A stretch of 63,281 nucleotides of DNA, filler included, from Rhabdomonas costata (taxonomy: Eukaryota): the NCBI GenBank assembly GCA_019059605.1. It is 42 parts of 42 records of this genome, joined end to end, with 100 filler letters (N's around TTAATTAATTAA, not from the genome) between each part and the next. Parts side by side here need not be neighbours in the genome. Positions count along the whole stretch, not along the records: positions 34,595 to 36,009 come from JAHMHO010016595.1; positions 36,110 to 37,527 come from JAHMHO010016596.1; positions 37,628 to 39,045 come from JAHMHO010016597.1; positions 39,146 to 40,559 come from JAHMHO010016598.1; positions 40,660 to 42,076 come from JAHMHO010016599.1; positions 42,177 to 43,594 come from JAHMHO010016600.1; positions 43,695 to 45,111 come from JAHMHO010016601.1; positions 45,212 to 46,626 come from JAHMHO010016602.1; 34 more parts are not named here. One strand, 5' to 3'. The number at the start of each line of letters is the position of its first letter. Within the stretch, counting starts at the first letter, position 1. Positions 35,883 to 48,241 of this stretch are shown here, piece by piece. Position numbers and translations under genes: made by a program. The notes beneath the pieces were generated by a model. It was not told the origin of the DNA and ran no database searches. It saw nothing but the letters and a program-made list of their open reading frames with translations.

Positions 35883-37627
35883 GCACCCCCTCATTTCTCC
35901 TTCCTCCACCCCCATCACACACCATACACCATGCACGGCCCACTTTCTCTCTGGACGTTTTAAAAGAAGCCACCAAGCAGCAGTTGTAAGCCGGCCAACT
36001 CGCCTTTCCNNNNNNNNNNNNNNNNNNNNNNNNNNNNNNNNNNNNNNNNNNNNTTAATTAATTAANNNNNNNNNNNNNNNNNNNNNNNNNNNNNNNNNNN
36101 NNNNNNNNNGTGTGGGTGTGTTTGGTTGGGGGGGGTGAATGAGCAGGGAGTGTATGCGGATCCGCGCTTAGGGTAGTTGTTGGAACTGCGCCAGGGAGGA
36201 GGAAAGGAAAAGGGGCTTTTGGAAACCTGGGTTTTGGTTATCCCTGTTAATGACATCGAGATAATATGGTTGCCCTCAGCAGTGCTTGTTGGTGGTGAAA
36301 CTCCTTGTGCAGAAGTAAGTCCCATCTCTGCACGGGTTGTAATTTTCCCTCCCACAAGCAGCTTCGCCTCCTGCTGGTCCGTGGCCCAACTCTACGCTCT
36401 TCAGATCCCTCCTAACACTACTCCATTCAAGCCATAGTTCCCCTGTGCATGATCTCAGCTCACCCATATGGGCCATAACCGCCACGCAGGCGTACTATTG
36501 AACCCCTAACCCTTTCCACCCCAGCCAATGTCGGAGCCTCCCCATAGTCAGTCAAAAGGAACCAGGCGCCCGTTTTTCAGATTTTAGAAAATTTCCGCTT
36601 GCCCCGTTGATGCTGCAATTGTGTACTTGGGTGTGATTTCTTCTCTTGTGTGGTAAGGCAGATTTCGCATCTTCATGCTGCAAAGTAATTTCCTCTATTT
36701 ACAAATGCTCCTTGAGTTTGATTGTTCGTGCGAGCAGCGATAATTTCAAGGGAAATTTTCAAGGTCGCTTAGTCGCTCTTTGGAACCCTTTGGAGTTCTG
36801 TTTCTTCTTTCTTCGATCTCTCCCTTTCACCGCTCTGCCTCAGAAGGAAAGGAACCCACAGGGCTGCCCATCTCAGGCTCGGTCGCCCCATAAGCCGCCG
36901 GGTATTCTCTCCAGATGCCTGCACATATGCAGCCACCTGTTTATCAAATTCAGCAACTGGAAGGCTCTCCAACAAGCGTGTGAGGGTTTTTTCGGTATAC
37001 AACTACCCTGTAGAATATAGTCTCAGTTCCCTCTTTTGCCCCCCTCCCAAACGTCCCTTTTTCCACTTCAAAAACTTATCAGCCGATTTGCAAATGGAAT
37101 TTCGCTTCCCTCCCCTTCTATCGTTCCTTTCCCAATGCACAGTGGACGTGGGGCTAGACACTGGAATTGGAGCATGCCCCCATGCGTGTTATGTATTATG
37201 CGGACTGTTGCATGTTATGGATTTGTACGGAGGTGGTTTCACTGGAGGGGGTGATGTTGGACCCCACCCCAGCGGGGGTGGGCAATGGGTCGGCGGTCGT
37301 CAGCAAGTTAAGGGCTGGCCATGCTCCCACCGCATCCTCTGTGGGTGACTTGCGTGTTTTGGTCTCAGAGCCCGACTTATCCCAGAGCCAGAGCAGGAAC
37401 CGACTCCCACTGTAGCATTGAGCCTTTCGTTATGGTTTTTGAACTATAGTGCGGGATACAGGCTGTATAATTGAGGGGATTTCGCTTTCTCAGAAGGCTT
37501 GCACACCACCCCAGGACAACAGTAAGCNNNNNNNNNNNNNNNNNNNNNNNNNNNNNNNNNNNNNNNNNNNNTTAATTAATTAANNNNNNNNNNNNNNNNN
37601 NNNNNNNNNNNNNNNNNNNNNNNNNNN

Positions 37628-37909
37628 CCCCCGTACCACAGCGAGAGGGAAAACGCCCCGAAGATAAGGAACTGCGAGAACCCAAAGGCCAGGCCTCCGG
37701 TGATCCTGGAGGGCAAAGGGCGGAACGAAGAATGGACAGGGAAGGGGAAACGCAACTCCGGAAGCCGCGAGCTGTGCAATCTAAAGCAATCTGAAGATTC
37801 TAAGGGATGAAAAACCTCAAATACTGAAGGTCATGCCGGACGAAAGAGCGCACAAAAAAGCTATTACAAGCCGACCGGCTACTTCCACAAGTTGGGTGTG
37901 TTTCTCCCA

Positions 37910-37949
<40 letters not shown>

Positions 37950-38857
37950 ACGCGTTTGTGGTCAAATGGGTGCACCAATGGTGAATCTATCCACAGTTCT
38001 ACTCTCTGCCAAAGACACTGAAGATACACCTGCCACGAGGAATTCTTAATGAATCAGCCCGACCATTGTGTGTGAGCACTGCACGGGAGTTCTGAAATGT
38101 CTACACATTAAGGTAGGAGGAAACCCTCAACCGAGCTCATCAGCCACTCTTTGAATTAGGCGAATCATCAGAATGGTTCCAGGCGATCCCTCAGTAAGGT
38201 ACTTCGTTTGAGAGCCAGCCCTCCACACAAGATTTTTTGCTCGCTGACCGCCCGCTGCATTGTACGTCCATGTGCGGGAGCACGCTTCCCCCGAAACACG
38301 TTCCCCGTGCTTATTTACGACACCACCGCACCACATATACTCATGCAACACATAGAGACCCTTTCTTAACCGCGGTTTTTGCCGTCCGCTTCAGGATGGC
38401 ATGGTACTCCGTCACCTTGACCGAGGCCAAGTTGAAGGCCAACACGGTGCGAATGGCAGACACGGTCTCCGTGGCCACATTACCCGCCTTGGCGTACTCC
38501 GTGCCATCGCTGGCACTCAGCCCAATTATGAACTTCATCTCAGCTAGCCCTGCAAGAGCAAATTGCTTGTTCACAACACCGAGGAGAGACGCCGAATACT
38601 GGCGAAACAAAGTCTCAACAAAATCAGAAAAATGGAAGAGACGTTTTCCAGGCAACAAAGACTACGTTTGCACACACGTACCCATGCCTGAAGAAAGGAC
38701 GCCCCAACTCACTACAATCTCCAGAAGACACCTCCGAAAGTCACTGCAGGCACCGCAGAGAGGGTGACCAGCGCGAGCTTCCACTGAGTGATGAACGCAA
38801 TGATCAGCCCCGCGAAGAGGCACACCGCCGCCTGGAATTGAGTGGCCAGCTGGGGTC
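37628..38857 (-). CDS. ABCB (MDR/P-glycoprotein) transporter, transmembrane-domain exons
   Basis: Exons 38857-38732 (GLIIAF...WKLALVTL), 38549-38360 (YAKAG.VA.E.VSAIRTV.AF) and 37705-37628 (G.AFGFSQF..F....L.LWYG) join in frame with GT-AG boundaries. Confidence 0.95.
37912..37948. repeat. (CA)n microsatellite in ABCB intron
   Basis: Seen directly. Confidence 0.95.
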
Positions 38858-39659
38858 CTGCGAGCAAACCGCCCAAAATATTCACACAACCACCTGAAAA
38901 GCCCCAACCTATCTCCATAAGAAAAAGGTAGCGACATGGAACACACACACATACGACGCCTTCTCGCTGGGAAAAAAGACAAGAGCATCAAGGAATTCAA
39001 GAGTTCTTCAGACGCAGTACTTTCGGTTTCAAACCACTACAGGGGNNNNNNNNNNNNNNNNNNNNNNNNNNNNNNNNNNNNNNNNNNNNTTAATTAATTA
39101 ANNNNNNNNNNNNNNNNNNNNNNNNNNNNNNNNNNNNNNNNNNNNTTTTGGTGTTGTTGGTTTTCACCTTTTGTTGTTACCGAGGTGCCATAAAAGAACC
39201 GCAGCAGAGCCGCAGGCCAGAGCCGATCGGAAACCTGGAGGGCCCGGCAGAGTATAAAGAGAGGTTGTAGAGTTTGCAGAGTGTGTGCTTGGTGGAACGC
39301 GGCCGAGTTAAACATGACATGCTGCGTGTGTAGTTGTGTTCCCATTCCACACCCTTTTCTTTGTTGGAAGATCCGGTCAAGGCATAAGTGGCGAGACCCG
39401 CCCAGCTGAACCCCTACAACAACCCATAATGACTGAGCCCTACGGCCTGAAAATTCGTTGCAGAAGGAAGCGAGCTCATGGTGGTGAATGTTCCACATGG
39501 TGCGGCGTCTCTTCCATAGTTGATTGCATATGTTGCTATTTTCACAGTGGAGGTGGAGAATGTCACTCCGACTAAGCAGGACCAGCGAACCATAGCTGGG
39601 GCTCAGGATAATAAGTGGAAAATCAAAAGAAAGTTGCGAGATTCTCCTCGGAAGGAAGT

Positions 39660-40545
39660 TGAGAAGTTAATTAAGGAGGTGGACAACAGCATTTGTGGCC
39701 ACATTTGTGCGGTGTTATCAACACCTACAGAGATCGAGAAGTTAAATCAAGAATCTGCGCATATCTTTCCAGAGTCGGTTCCAGGAGGATTACCACATTA
39801 AATGAGGACGGACCACAGAATTGATCTGAATCCAGAAAGTAATGTACCAGCCCAGTGGCTGTACCAAATGTCCCATGTGGAAGATGGGGAATTGCGGAAG
39901 CAACTGAAAAGTTCCAGAGTTTAATGGTAAGTCCAGGCTGTGGATTACAGACAGCTAAATGGCATCACATATGCTTACTCTTTACCCCAAATTCACGAGA
40001 TGATTGATAATAAAGTGTTTTTCCAAAATAGATTTGCACGTGTGATTCCATAAGATCCGCATATATCCAGAGCATGTGAAGAGAACGGCATTCAAGACAA
40101 AGTACGGTTCATTCCAATTCAGATTCAAGCCGTTTGTGTTGTGCAATGCCACGGCAACATTTCACAGAGACATGGACTTCGTTATTGAGGATCTGCGAGA
40201 GATACTAAAGGTGCGTACGTGGACTCTCGTCCATACGGAAACGTTGTAAGCCCATGTGGAAGCGTTGAGTGTTTTGTACCAGAGGTTGAATAAATGGAAG
40301 CTTTTTGCAGATCCATAGGAGTTTATGTTTGCACAGCCAGAAGTCACGTATTGTGGATTTATTGTGTGCATAAATTGAAATAAGCCACAACCGATGAAAC
40401 TTGTGGCCGTGTATACGTGTAAATGGCCGCAGTTGCGGAACCCTACAGAGATGAAGATGTTTCTCGAGTCATGTTGGTTTTACCGGATATTTATGGAAGA
40501 TTACGCCATAGTCGCAGCACGCTGACGGATCTAGTGAATAAAAAG
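39660..40545 (+). mobile_element. Decayed Ty3/Gypsy LTR-retrotransposon pol (reverse transcriptase region)
   Basis: Motifs in order across frameshifts and stops: IFPE..P.GLP, HRIDL, DYRQLN, LP.I.EMID, SKIDL, TAFKTKYG, PF.LCNA.ATF, YVD, F...EV.Y.G.IV. Confidence 0.9.
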
Positions 40546-41710
40546 AAAAACCAACAACCNNNNNNNNNNNNNNNNNNNNNNNNNNNNNNNNNNNNNNNNN
40601 NNNTTAATTAATTAANNNNNNNNNNNNNNNNNNNNNNNNNNNNNNNNNNNNNNNNNNNNTTTTTGTTGGTCCGTCGGGGAGGAGTACGCACGCGTCTCCC
40701 CTCGATGTTGTAGCTTAGCATCTTCTCTCTTCTCTCTTCTCGATAGAGCGCTTGCCAGCTCTGCGTGTGGTATTCTTTGCTTTGAATTTGCTCTTTTCTT
40801 CGCTCGTGGTTCCATCGGGCACTGGCAGGGTTCCCTGATCTCTCTCTTTCTTCTGGAATTGCGACGTATGGGGGACCTTGTGAGCTCTTGAGTTTTCAAC
40901 ATTACGTGTGAATTGTAGTTACCGTGGTGGTGCCAAGCTTTTGGTCTTCGGAAGTAGTGGGAGGCGGTATTCTCTGCTTGGCACGATAACCCAAAGGCAT
41001 AGCAGATGGGCTGAGCATATTCAATGGCGTTAGAGACAGCTATGCTGGCGATACCGCATCACATTCCCTACATATCCTGCCGGTGTATGGGGGAGTCCGA
41101 TGCCCGATTTACGCTTTTTTATGTTCTTCTTCTTACGCTACAAACCACATTCTAAACTCGGCTTTGGCGACTTAGTCCATCAGAGAGCTTGATTAGTGTA
41201 GTAATGGGTCGGTGGTTGGAAGTGTAGGGTGGCGTGGCTGCGCGTTACTCTTCACACTGAACCGGACACGTGCACGTGGAAGCCCTTCAAGTCCATTAAC
41301 GGGCTCTGCGCTAATTTCGGCTTGGGCGTTTTCCATTTTCTACGATATAATATTCTCGGAGAGAAAAAAACAGCCCTCCACCCCAATCCAGCAGCCCCAC
41401 CTTTGTACTCTTCCAACACCTCTGTTTTTGTGGTTTCCTCTCCCTTTACACTGCTTTTTGGTCGCTTGTGTTGGCTGGTGTTCTCGCGTGGGTCTCAGTT
41501 CGGCTCGGTGTTCTCTCTCGTGCGGTTGGCGTGCTTGCGTGTCCGGGTTCAAATATGTAACATTGTCATTCGTGGATCTGCGCACACGTTCGCTGGTTCT
41601 AGAAATTGCCAAGAGCAGTACCCATAAGCCCGGTGACAGGAAAGTTTCGGTATTGCTCAGCACCTTTTCTGAGAAGGGAGGAAAAGCATGTGCTCCCCCA
41701 TTCTGGGCGA

Positions 41711-41811
41711 GAGATCCTCCGTCGCTGTCGATGCGGGGGCGGTGGAGTCGGCGTTCCGGGAGATGGCACCCCAGGGGGAGCTGCCCGTGGAGTTGTTGCT
41801 AGATCTTCTCC
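41711..41811 (+). CDS. Putative short exon (EF-hand-like)
   Basis: VESAFREMAPQGELPVELLLDLLR ends at a CG|GTAAGG donor. Acceptor uncertain. Confidence 0.35.
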
Positions 41812-42258
41812 GGTAAGGCTTCAGACTTCTCGTGCCCACTGTCTGGTTACTCTTCTGAGTCTAACCCAAACGCTGATACGGTAGACCAAGAATGCCAAAA
41901 AGAGCCATTCATGTGCGTATATTTCTCACACTTTAAGCAATGTGTGTAGAGGCGACCCTCAGGTTTGAACACGTGATTTGCAAGTGTCCATGCGAAAGAG
42001 TTGCAGGACATCCTCAGAGCATTCCGGTTGTAGCCTGCATTGCCCGTTCCCAACAACCACCAACCACACCCAACACNNNNNNNNNNNNNNNNNNNNNNNN
42101 NNNNNNNNNNNNNNNNNNNNTTAATTAATTAANNNNNNNNNNNNNNNNNNNNNNNNNNNNNNNNNNNNNNNNNNNNTTTTGGGCTGCGGTACCGGGATGG
42201 GTTCACCAAGCACCCCGAAAGCAAAGATTCTAACCTTCATATCGCAGCTTACTCATCG

Positions 42259-42260
<2 letters not shown>

Positions 42261-42298
<38 letters not shown>

Positions 42299-42332
42299 TC
42301 ACTCACTCACTCACTCACTCGCTCGCTCGCTC
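42261..42332. repeat. Compound microsatellite (AC)n(ACTC)n(GCTC)n
   Basis: Seen directly. Confidence 0.95.
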
Positions 42333-43735
42333 ACCCTCACTCTCGCTCACACCCACGCGTGAGCACGTGTGCTGCGAAAGATACCGCGGAGGAAAAAGGG
42401 CGGGGAGGCGAAGGGGACTAGCGTGAGGTGGTGCAGAGGGAAAAAAGAGAGATTGGAGATGGGCCCAGTACCTCTTACTTTCGGGAAAGGAATGAGTGCA
42501 TCACTATTCCCGGGTCAGATTTCAAGCAGACAACCACCGCCAAATCCCTAATTTGCTACCTCTGGGCTTCAAAAGTCCTGAACCCAAAGTTGAGCATATC
42601 AATCCAGAGACACACATCCACACAGACGCACACAACACACACCAAACAGAAAAAAAGCCTCCTAAGACATCGCGCACTACAATGGGGAAACTCCCCACTC
42701 CCAATCCGAGAAACGCTTATCCCTGCCGCAAGCACACATAAACCTCACCAATTCTCAATGGCTGACGACGAAACACAACCCGAAACATCAGATGCAGGTT
42801 CCAACCGTGACGCCCGTGACGCCACCACAACTCACCAGCAGCTCACCAAGACAAGCATCCCCTCCCCCAAAAAAAAAGAGCACGACGAAAAGCAGTGATC
42901 ACTCCCAACACGACAACTGGGACATGTTCACGTGTTCGTGAGTGTGTGCGCGGATGTGTTCGTGGGGTTGGGACGTAGAAAAATAGAAATTACGAAAACC
43001 TCACAAGTCCAGTGTTCAAAATCCGGCGCACACAACAGCACAACAGCACACAACAATAGAAAAGAGATCAGTGGGCCAAAGTCGAACCCAGCAATGAGAA
43101 CAAAATGTGAAGCATCGCGACGAGGAAGCAGCGAGATAGGCATTCGTGTTCTGGAGTTCTGGAGGGCTGCAAGCAATAGAGGTACTCAAACAAGCAACCC
43201 ACAAACCGAAGAATAAAGAGGAAGCAAGAACAATGAAATCTCTCGTGTGCCGCGACCTGGCTGGCGACGGAACGAACCGCCAACCGGCCTTGTCTGCGCA
43301 TACTGAGGAGGAAGAGGACTGTGCCACAGTGCCCGACAATCTCTTGTTGTCTTGTGCTCACGGATGACCCCCCACCGGTCCCATCCGCAGGCCACCGCCT
43401 ATGCACCTTGGCCCTTCAGAAATGTCGTCAGCAGCACCAAGACACGAAGTCCTGACAGCCAGGATGATGTCCCCTTGTATGATTCTACCCTCACGTGTTC
43501 ACGCATACACAATAATTGCAGGGGTGCGGCATCGGTACAAGTGGAGCCTGTGCGGTGCGCGGAAGCCCCCCCCAACCCCACACACACCCAACACNNNNNN
43601 NNNNNNNNNNNNNNNNNNNNNNNNNNNNNNNNNNNNNNTTAATTAATTAANNNNNNNNNNNNNNNNNNNNNNNNNNNNNNNNNNNNNNNNNNNNGTGGGG
43701 GGGGTGAACGGCATACTTCCTAAATTTTCTTCCAG

Positions 43736-44894
43736 TGCCCGAAGGATTTGTTCCTGAGGACAGGGTGGACGCATACCTCCTCCACCGTCCCCTGAACGTT
43801 TTGCCTCTGTCATTTTATTCAGAGTGTTGTCATCCGTCCCGTCCCCAGATTTCTGCTTTCTTTCCATTAGACGAGTGTGCTCCCAACCCGACGTTCCCCA
43901 CGGTTCCCGGCCAGGTGACGACGTGCGTGAACGGGTATTGTGACCAGCTCTATGGGAAGTGCGTCTGCACTGACGGCTGGACGGGAAAGTTTTGTCAGGT
44001 GTCTTTGAATGTGTGTGCCTTCCTAAATCCAGTAAGCTGAGCGGACGGTTGAGTCGGTTGAGGCGGCAAACACACACACATACACACACATGAGCCTCTG
44101 CCACCGTGCTGCACTGCACTGCTAAAAGCTGGTCTTGAAACGACGTTTTTGCTTGGGCTAATGACTAGTTTACGCTACTGCAGAAATCAAAAGTACCCAT
44201 TTCAAACCCATCCCTCACCACTTCGGACCTTCGAACTCCTCTTAAGCCAAACCTCAAACCGAGAGGAAACAAATCAAGCATTAATGCCAGAACAATACAA
44301 CAACATGTGTAACAGGTTGGTCACCAGAACACCTGTGCAGCATTTCCAGGTCCGTCCGAAGTCCGAAACCACGTAGGATGACTGCCCGCTCGAGTTTCCC
44401 AAAAGCGATCCTCCAAAGTGAAAACTTCCCATCACTGGCAGTTACAAGCCCCAGAATCGGGCATCGAACATCCGAAGCATGGAGGCAATTTTGTGGGAGT
44501 TCGGTGGAAAGGAGTCAAAGTAAGTTACATCCCAAAACCCAGAATTACGTAAGTCACGGCAAGGCGACTTTTTTTCTACTTTGCCCGGTGTTGGGGTGGT
44601 TTTCCCCAGTCAGGTCTTTCTTGCGCACGTTAACTTTTCCCATACAGGCCCATTGGATGCATACTGGATGTTGATGTTGTACTCAACTGACAAAGACAGC
44701 CAGTGGCACAAAGGGCAACGTTGTTCCCAACTCATTTTCAACTCACCCCCTTTTTTTTTCGTTTCAGATCCCACCTGGGGCAACAGCGCAGGGCACCTCT
44801 GGGTTCCAGAAGTATCTTCTAACCTTCAGCAACGGGGTGAAGACCCAACTCACGGTGACCTACTACGGCGGGGGCTACGGCGGAGGCTCCTGTG
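43736..44894 (+). CDS. EGF-like domain followed by start of an expansin/DPBB-like domain
   Basis: Exon 43871-43998 CVNGYCDQLYGKCVCTDGWTGKFC (EGF). Exon 44768-44894 ends TYYGGGYGGGSCG. A small upstream exon starts at 43736. Confidence 0.7.
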
Positions 44895-45691
44895 GTGTGT
44901 GGCGCGAGCTATGTTGATGATGGCTTTCAAACAAGCAACCCCTTCGCTGAATTCCTTGCTCTCGGAAAAGCTCTCTCGGGGTCACTCGGTGGTGATGTCC
45001 CTCACTTTTCGTTTGCTGGCGCCTGTCTTCCAGGTAGTTTGTTGGAGGGGTGAGCGGGTGAATGGGTGTTGATGGGAAAGGTTTTGGAGACTTTTGCCCC
45101 CCCCCACCCCANNNNNNNNNNNNNNNNNNNNNNNNNNNNNNNNNNNNNNNNNNNNTTAATTAATTAANNNNNNNNNNNNNNNNNNNNNNNNNNNNNNNNN
45201 NNNNNNNNNNNTGTGGTTTGTGCTCAACAAACATACATGCCAAGAAAAACGCAAACCACCTTTTTTTTCTCTCCTTTCAGTTTTTTTTTCTCCTTTCAGC
45301 GGTGCTGCGCTGTGCTGTTTACTGTTTGCCCACTTCGAACGCAGAACGAGTATGATTTTCTGGAGCCTGCCTCTGAAGCAAAAAGTGTTTGTTGCTGATT
45401 TTTCCCTCCCAAGGTCCTTTGCACTCAAAATATCACGTTATTAAAATACAAAAAATACAAGCCTGCCACTTGCCTATGAGACTCTTGTTCTCTGCGTCCA
45501 CAGTTGGTCGGTGTTACTCCATGTTTTGTCAAGACAAGGCGTCCCGATTACATTTACGTGCGGCGCTAAGAACAAAAAAAATAGCAGAACCGTTTACAAC
45601 GTTTACAAGCGGGGAGCTGCAACGACCCGAAATAAGCTGGTGAGTTCAAAGAGAAAACTGAATCAGCTCCTGCTGAAAAAATCACACACAC

Positions 45692-46198
45692 CATTCTTGA
45701 TGAGAAGATACTGCTTTTCTTTGGGAAGGTGCGGCACGCGCTTGCTTGTGTCGGCACTCATCCTGCACAAAAGTGCCCATAATAAAGTGCCTCCAATGAA
45801 TTCCAAGTCAGTTGCAATAAGCACATAGAGACGCGAATACGGTTTGTCCGATGAGATGCCGTTCTCATTCTCTATCAATTGAATCAGGGGTTCCTCTATG
45901 TCCACTGCAAATGCGATTAAGTGTCGAAGAAATCGATTTAAGCTGATTAAAGCTGGAATGAATGGAATAAAAGCAAACGCACCTTGTCAAGAAGGGTGAA
46001 AAAACGCGGTGGAGGGGGGTGGAGGGGAGGCGCATTCCAAGTCCAGGCAGGCGTCATCTGCACAAGAACATCTCCAGCGGCCACGAACTCCTCGGGGGTC
46101 AGGACACCCTTCTCTGCAAACTCGCTCTTCTTCTGAACCGGAGTGAAATACTCAGCGACGTCCTTGTACCTCTGAAACAGGCGGTTTTTAAGGCTCAT
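45692..46198 (-). CDS. ATG3: Autophagy E2-like enzyme Atg3, first two exons
   Basis: Exon 46198-46038 [35 protein letters not shown]...P.W.W; exon 45762-45692 [23 protein letters not shown]. Confidence 0.95.
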
Positions 46199-47457
46199 CG
46201 TCGAAAACAAGGTTGGAAAAGGGTTGTTTCAAAAGAAGCACGATCTGACAACCAAAGGGAATCCTTTGAAACGGCTGCCCGGGAAAAAATTATTAAAGCG
46301 GGAGATAAAGGCGCGCCATGTGTATACCCTATCGCTTGGCAGTTTGCGGAACACCGGCCATGTCGCGATGAAAGCACCCACATTACGGGGGTTTGGGATA
46401 GGAGTCATAAATCAAATGTCAAAGTATTTGAAGGTGCTCGACTTCACCCAATACTGCCCACATACCACAGAATTGTTATGATGACAAAATCAAGAATCAT
46501 GATGACCACCGGGTTTTCCTATCTTCCAAAACAAACACAGCCGCATCCTCCACCCATTTCCCCAATATTAACCGCCTACAGAGAAAAGAACGCAGCTTTC
46601 CAACACAGCATTGCTGAGTGTCTCAGNNNNNNNNNNNNNNNNNNNNNNNNNNNNNNNNNNNNNNNNNNNNTTAATTAATTAANNNNNNNNNNNNNNNNNN
46701 NNNNNNNNNNNNNNNNNNNNNNNNNNGTGTGTGTGCACTGTTGCGTGTGCTGTGTGCCCAGCCCTCCCTTTGGTGCTGTGGGCTGGCCTCCCACCCCTGT
46801 GATCGCAGAGGGGAGGGCCTTGCTGCTGCTGCTGCTGTGCAGACGTGCCCTTCGCCCCATTGTGTTGACCCGCCCCCCTGCGCTGTGCACGTGCTGGTGG
46901 ACTTGTTGGGATCTGCTTTCTCCTATTTTGCGGGCAAGCAGGCAGGCACGCGATCTTACACTCTCGTTACACTGAGGTCAGATCATTTCGCAGCGCGGCA
47001 GCCTTGCCCACGAGTGCCATGGCTGTAGTGACCTTTTTATGGCGATTCTTCCAGGAAGACAGCTGCGAGAGATCAAAAATTGCGCAGGACAGTGCACCCA
47101 ACTCTTGTTGGAAAACACCCTAATAGCATTGAAGTACACCCTGCCAGTAGGCGGAGCCATGCACCCGCCACAGCCCTGCTACTGAACGAAAACAACCTAA
47201 CCAGTAAGTAGCACCACCTGCTTACACCCTAGCTCCTGGTGTGCAAGACGCACAGAGCCGTGGTCAGTCACACACAGCTTGTGGCGAACAGCCCCTTCCT
47301 GGCCCATCCCTGTAGGGGCGGCTTTATCGGCGTATTGCTGTGTATCGTGTTGCTTTGCCCGCTGTTGTCTTTTGCCTTTCCCCATCTCTTGCCTGCTTGC
47401 TCCGTGCCGGCGGCATTATTTATTGCATTCTCTGTCTCATCATTGAGAAGAAAAGAG

Positions 47458-47560
47458 ATGGCCGCAGATCGCATCGCTGCGCTAGTGCAGGGGCTGAAGC
47501 TCACGGATGACTCCGGGGAGGCCCTGCGGGTGGAGGCCCACGCTGAGCTCCCTCCAGAGC
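47458..47560 (+). CDS. Putative first coding exon, unknown protein
   Basis: ATG after a pyrimidine-rich tract, then GC3-rich MAADRIAALVQGLKLTDDSGEALRVEAH. 3' boundary not identified. Confidence 0.4.
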
Positions 47561-48241
47561 GACGCGCGATTTATTCGGTTCTATTGCCGTCACTTCTCTG
47601 TGTTTCTTTACTTGTGTTAAGGTTATCCGCCCCGTTGCTCAAGTTTGCTGTGGAGCTTTCCTATCTCTTCTGTTCAGAGTTCCGTGTCGTTTATCTGCCG
47701 GGGTTCATGAGTGAAACACAACACAGGGTTTGGCCATGGGTGTGTTCGCTGTTATCCTTAAGTTAAGTTCCCACCAGTCTTTGAAAAGTGTCTGGGAGAA
47801 GCGCAGATTACAGTTGATGCCCTTTGTCATTCAATAGTCTGTGCCTACCCGCGCGCACATACGACGTCCTACGTCAACTTTGCATAGGGACACGCGCTGA
47901 GGTAAAAACACTTGCACTTGCACTTGCACGTGCACGTGCAGGTGCTGGTATCTATGCGTTCTGACTCTCTCTCTCTAACTGGTTTTGCTTTTCTTTTTTC
48001 ACTCAAACGTCTGAACACCTGTCGCAGAGTGTGGACCGTTCCCTGAATCTTTCCAGTCTAATGAGTTTATTGAGTCAGTCAAGTCAGTGAGTCTACTTGG
48101 GTGGGTGGGAAGATTGCGGGAGATGGGAGACCAACCCCATNNNNNNNNNNNNNNNNNNNNNNNNNNNNNNNNNNNNNNNNNNNNTTAATTAATTAANNNN
48201 NNNNNNNNNNNNNNNNNNNNNNNNNNNNNNNNNNNNNNNNC

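Noticed and set aside
38712-38732. Apparent premature stop or frameshift in the ABCB exon
   Set aside because: Resolved by the canonical phase-1 donor GGA G|GTGTCT at 38731, which joins the next exon in frame.
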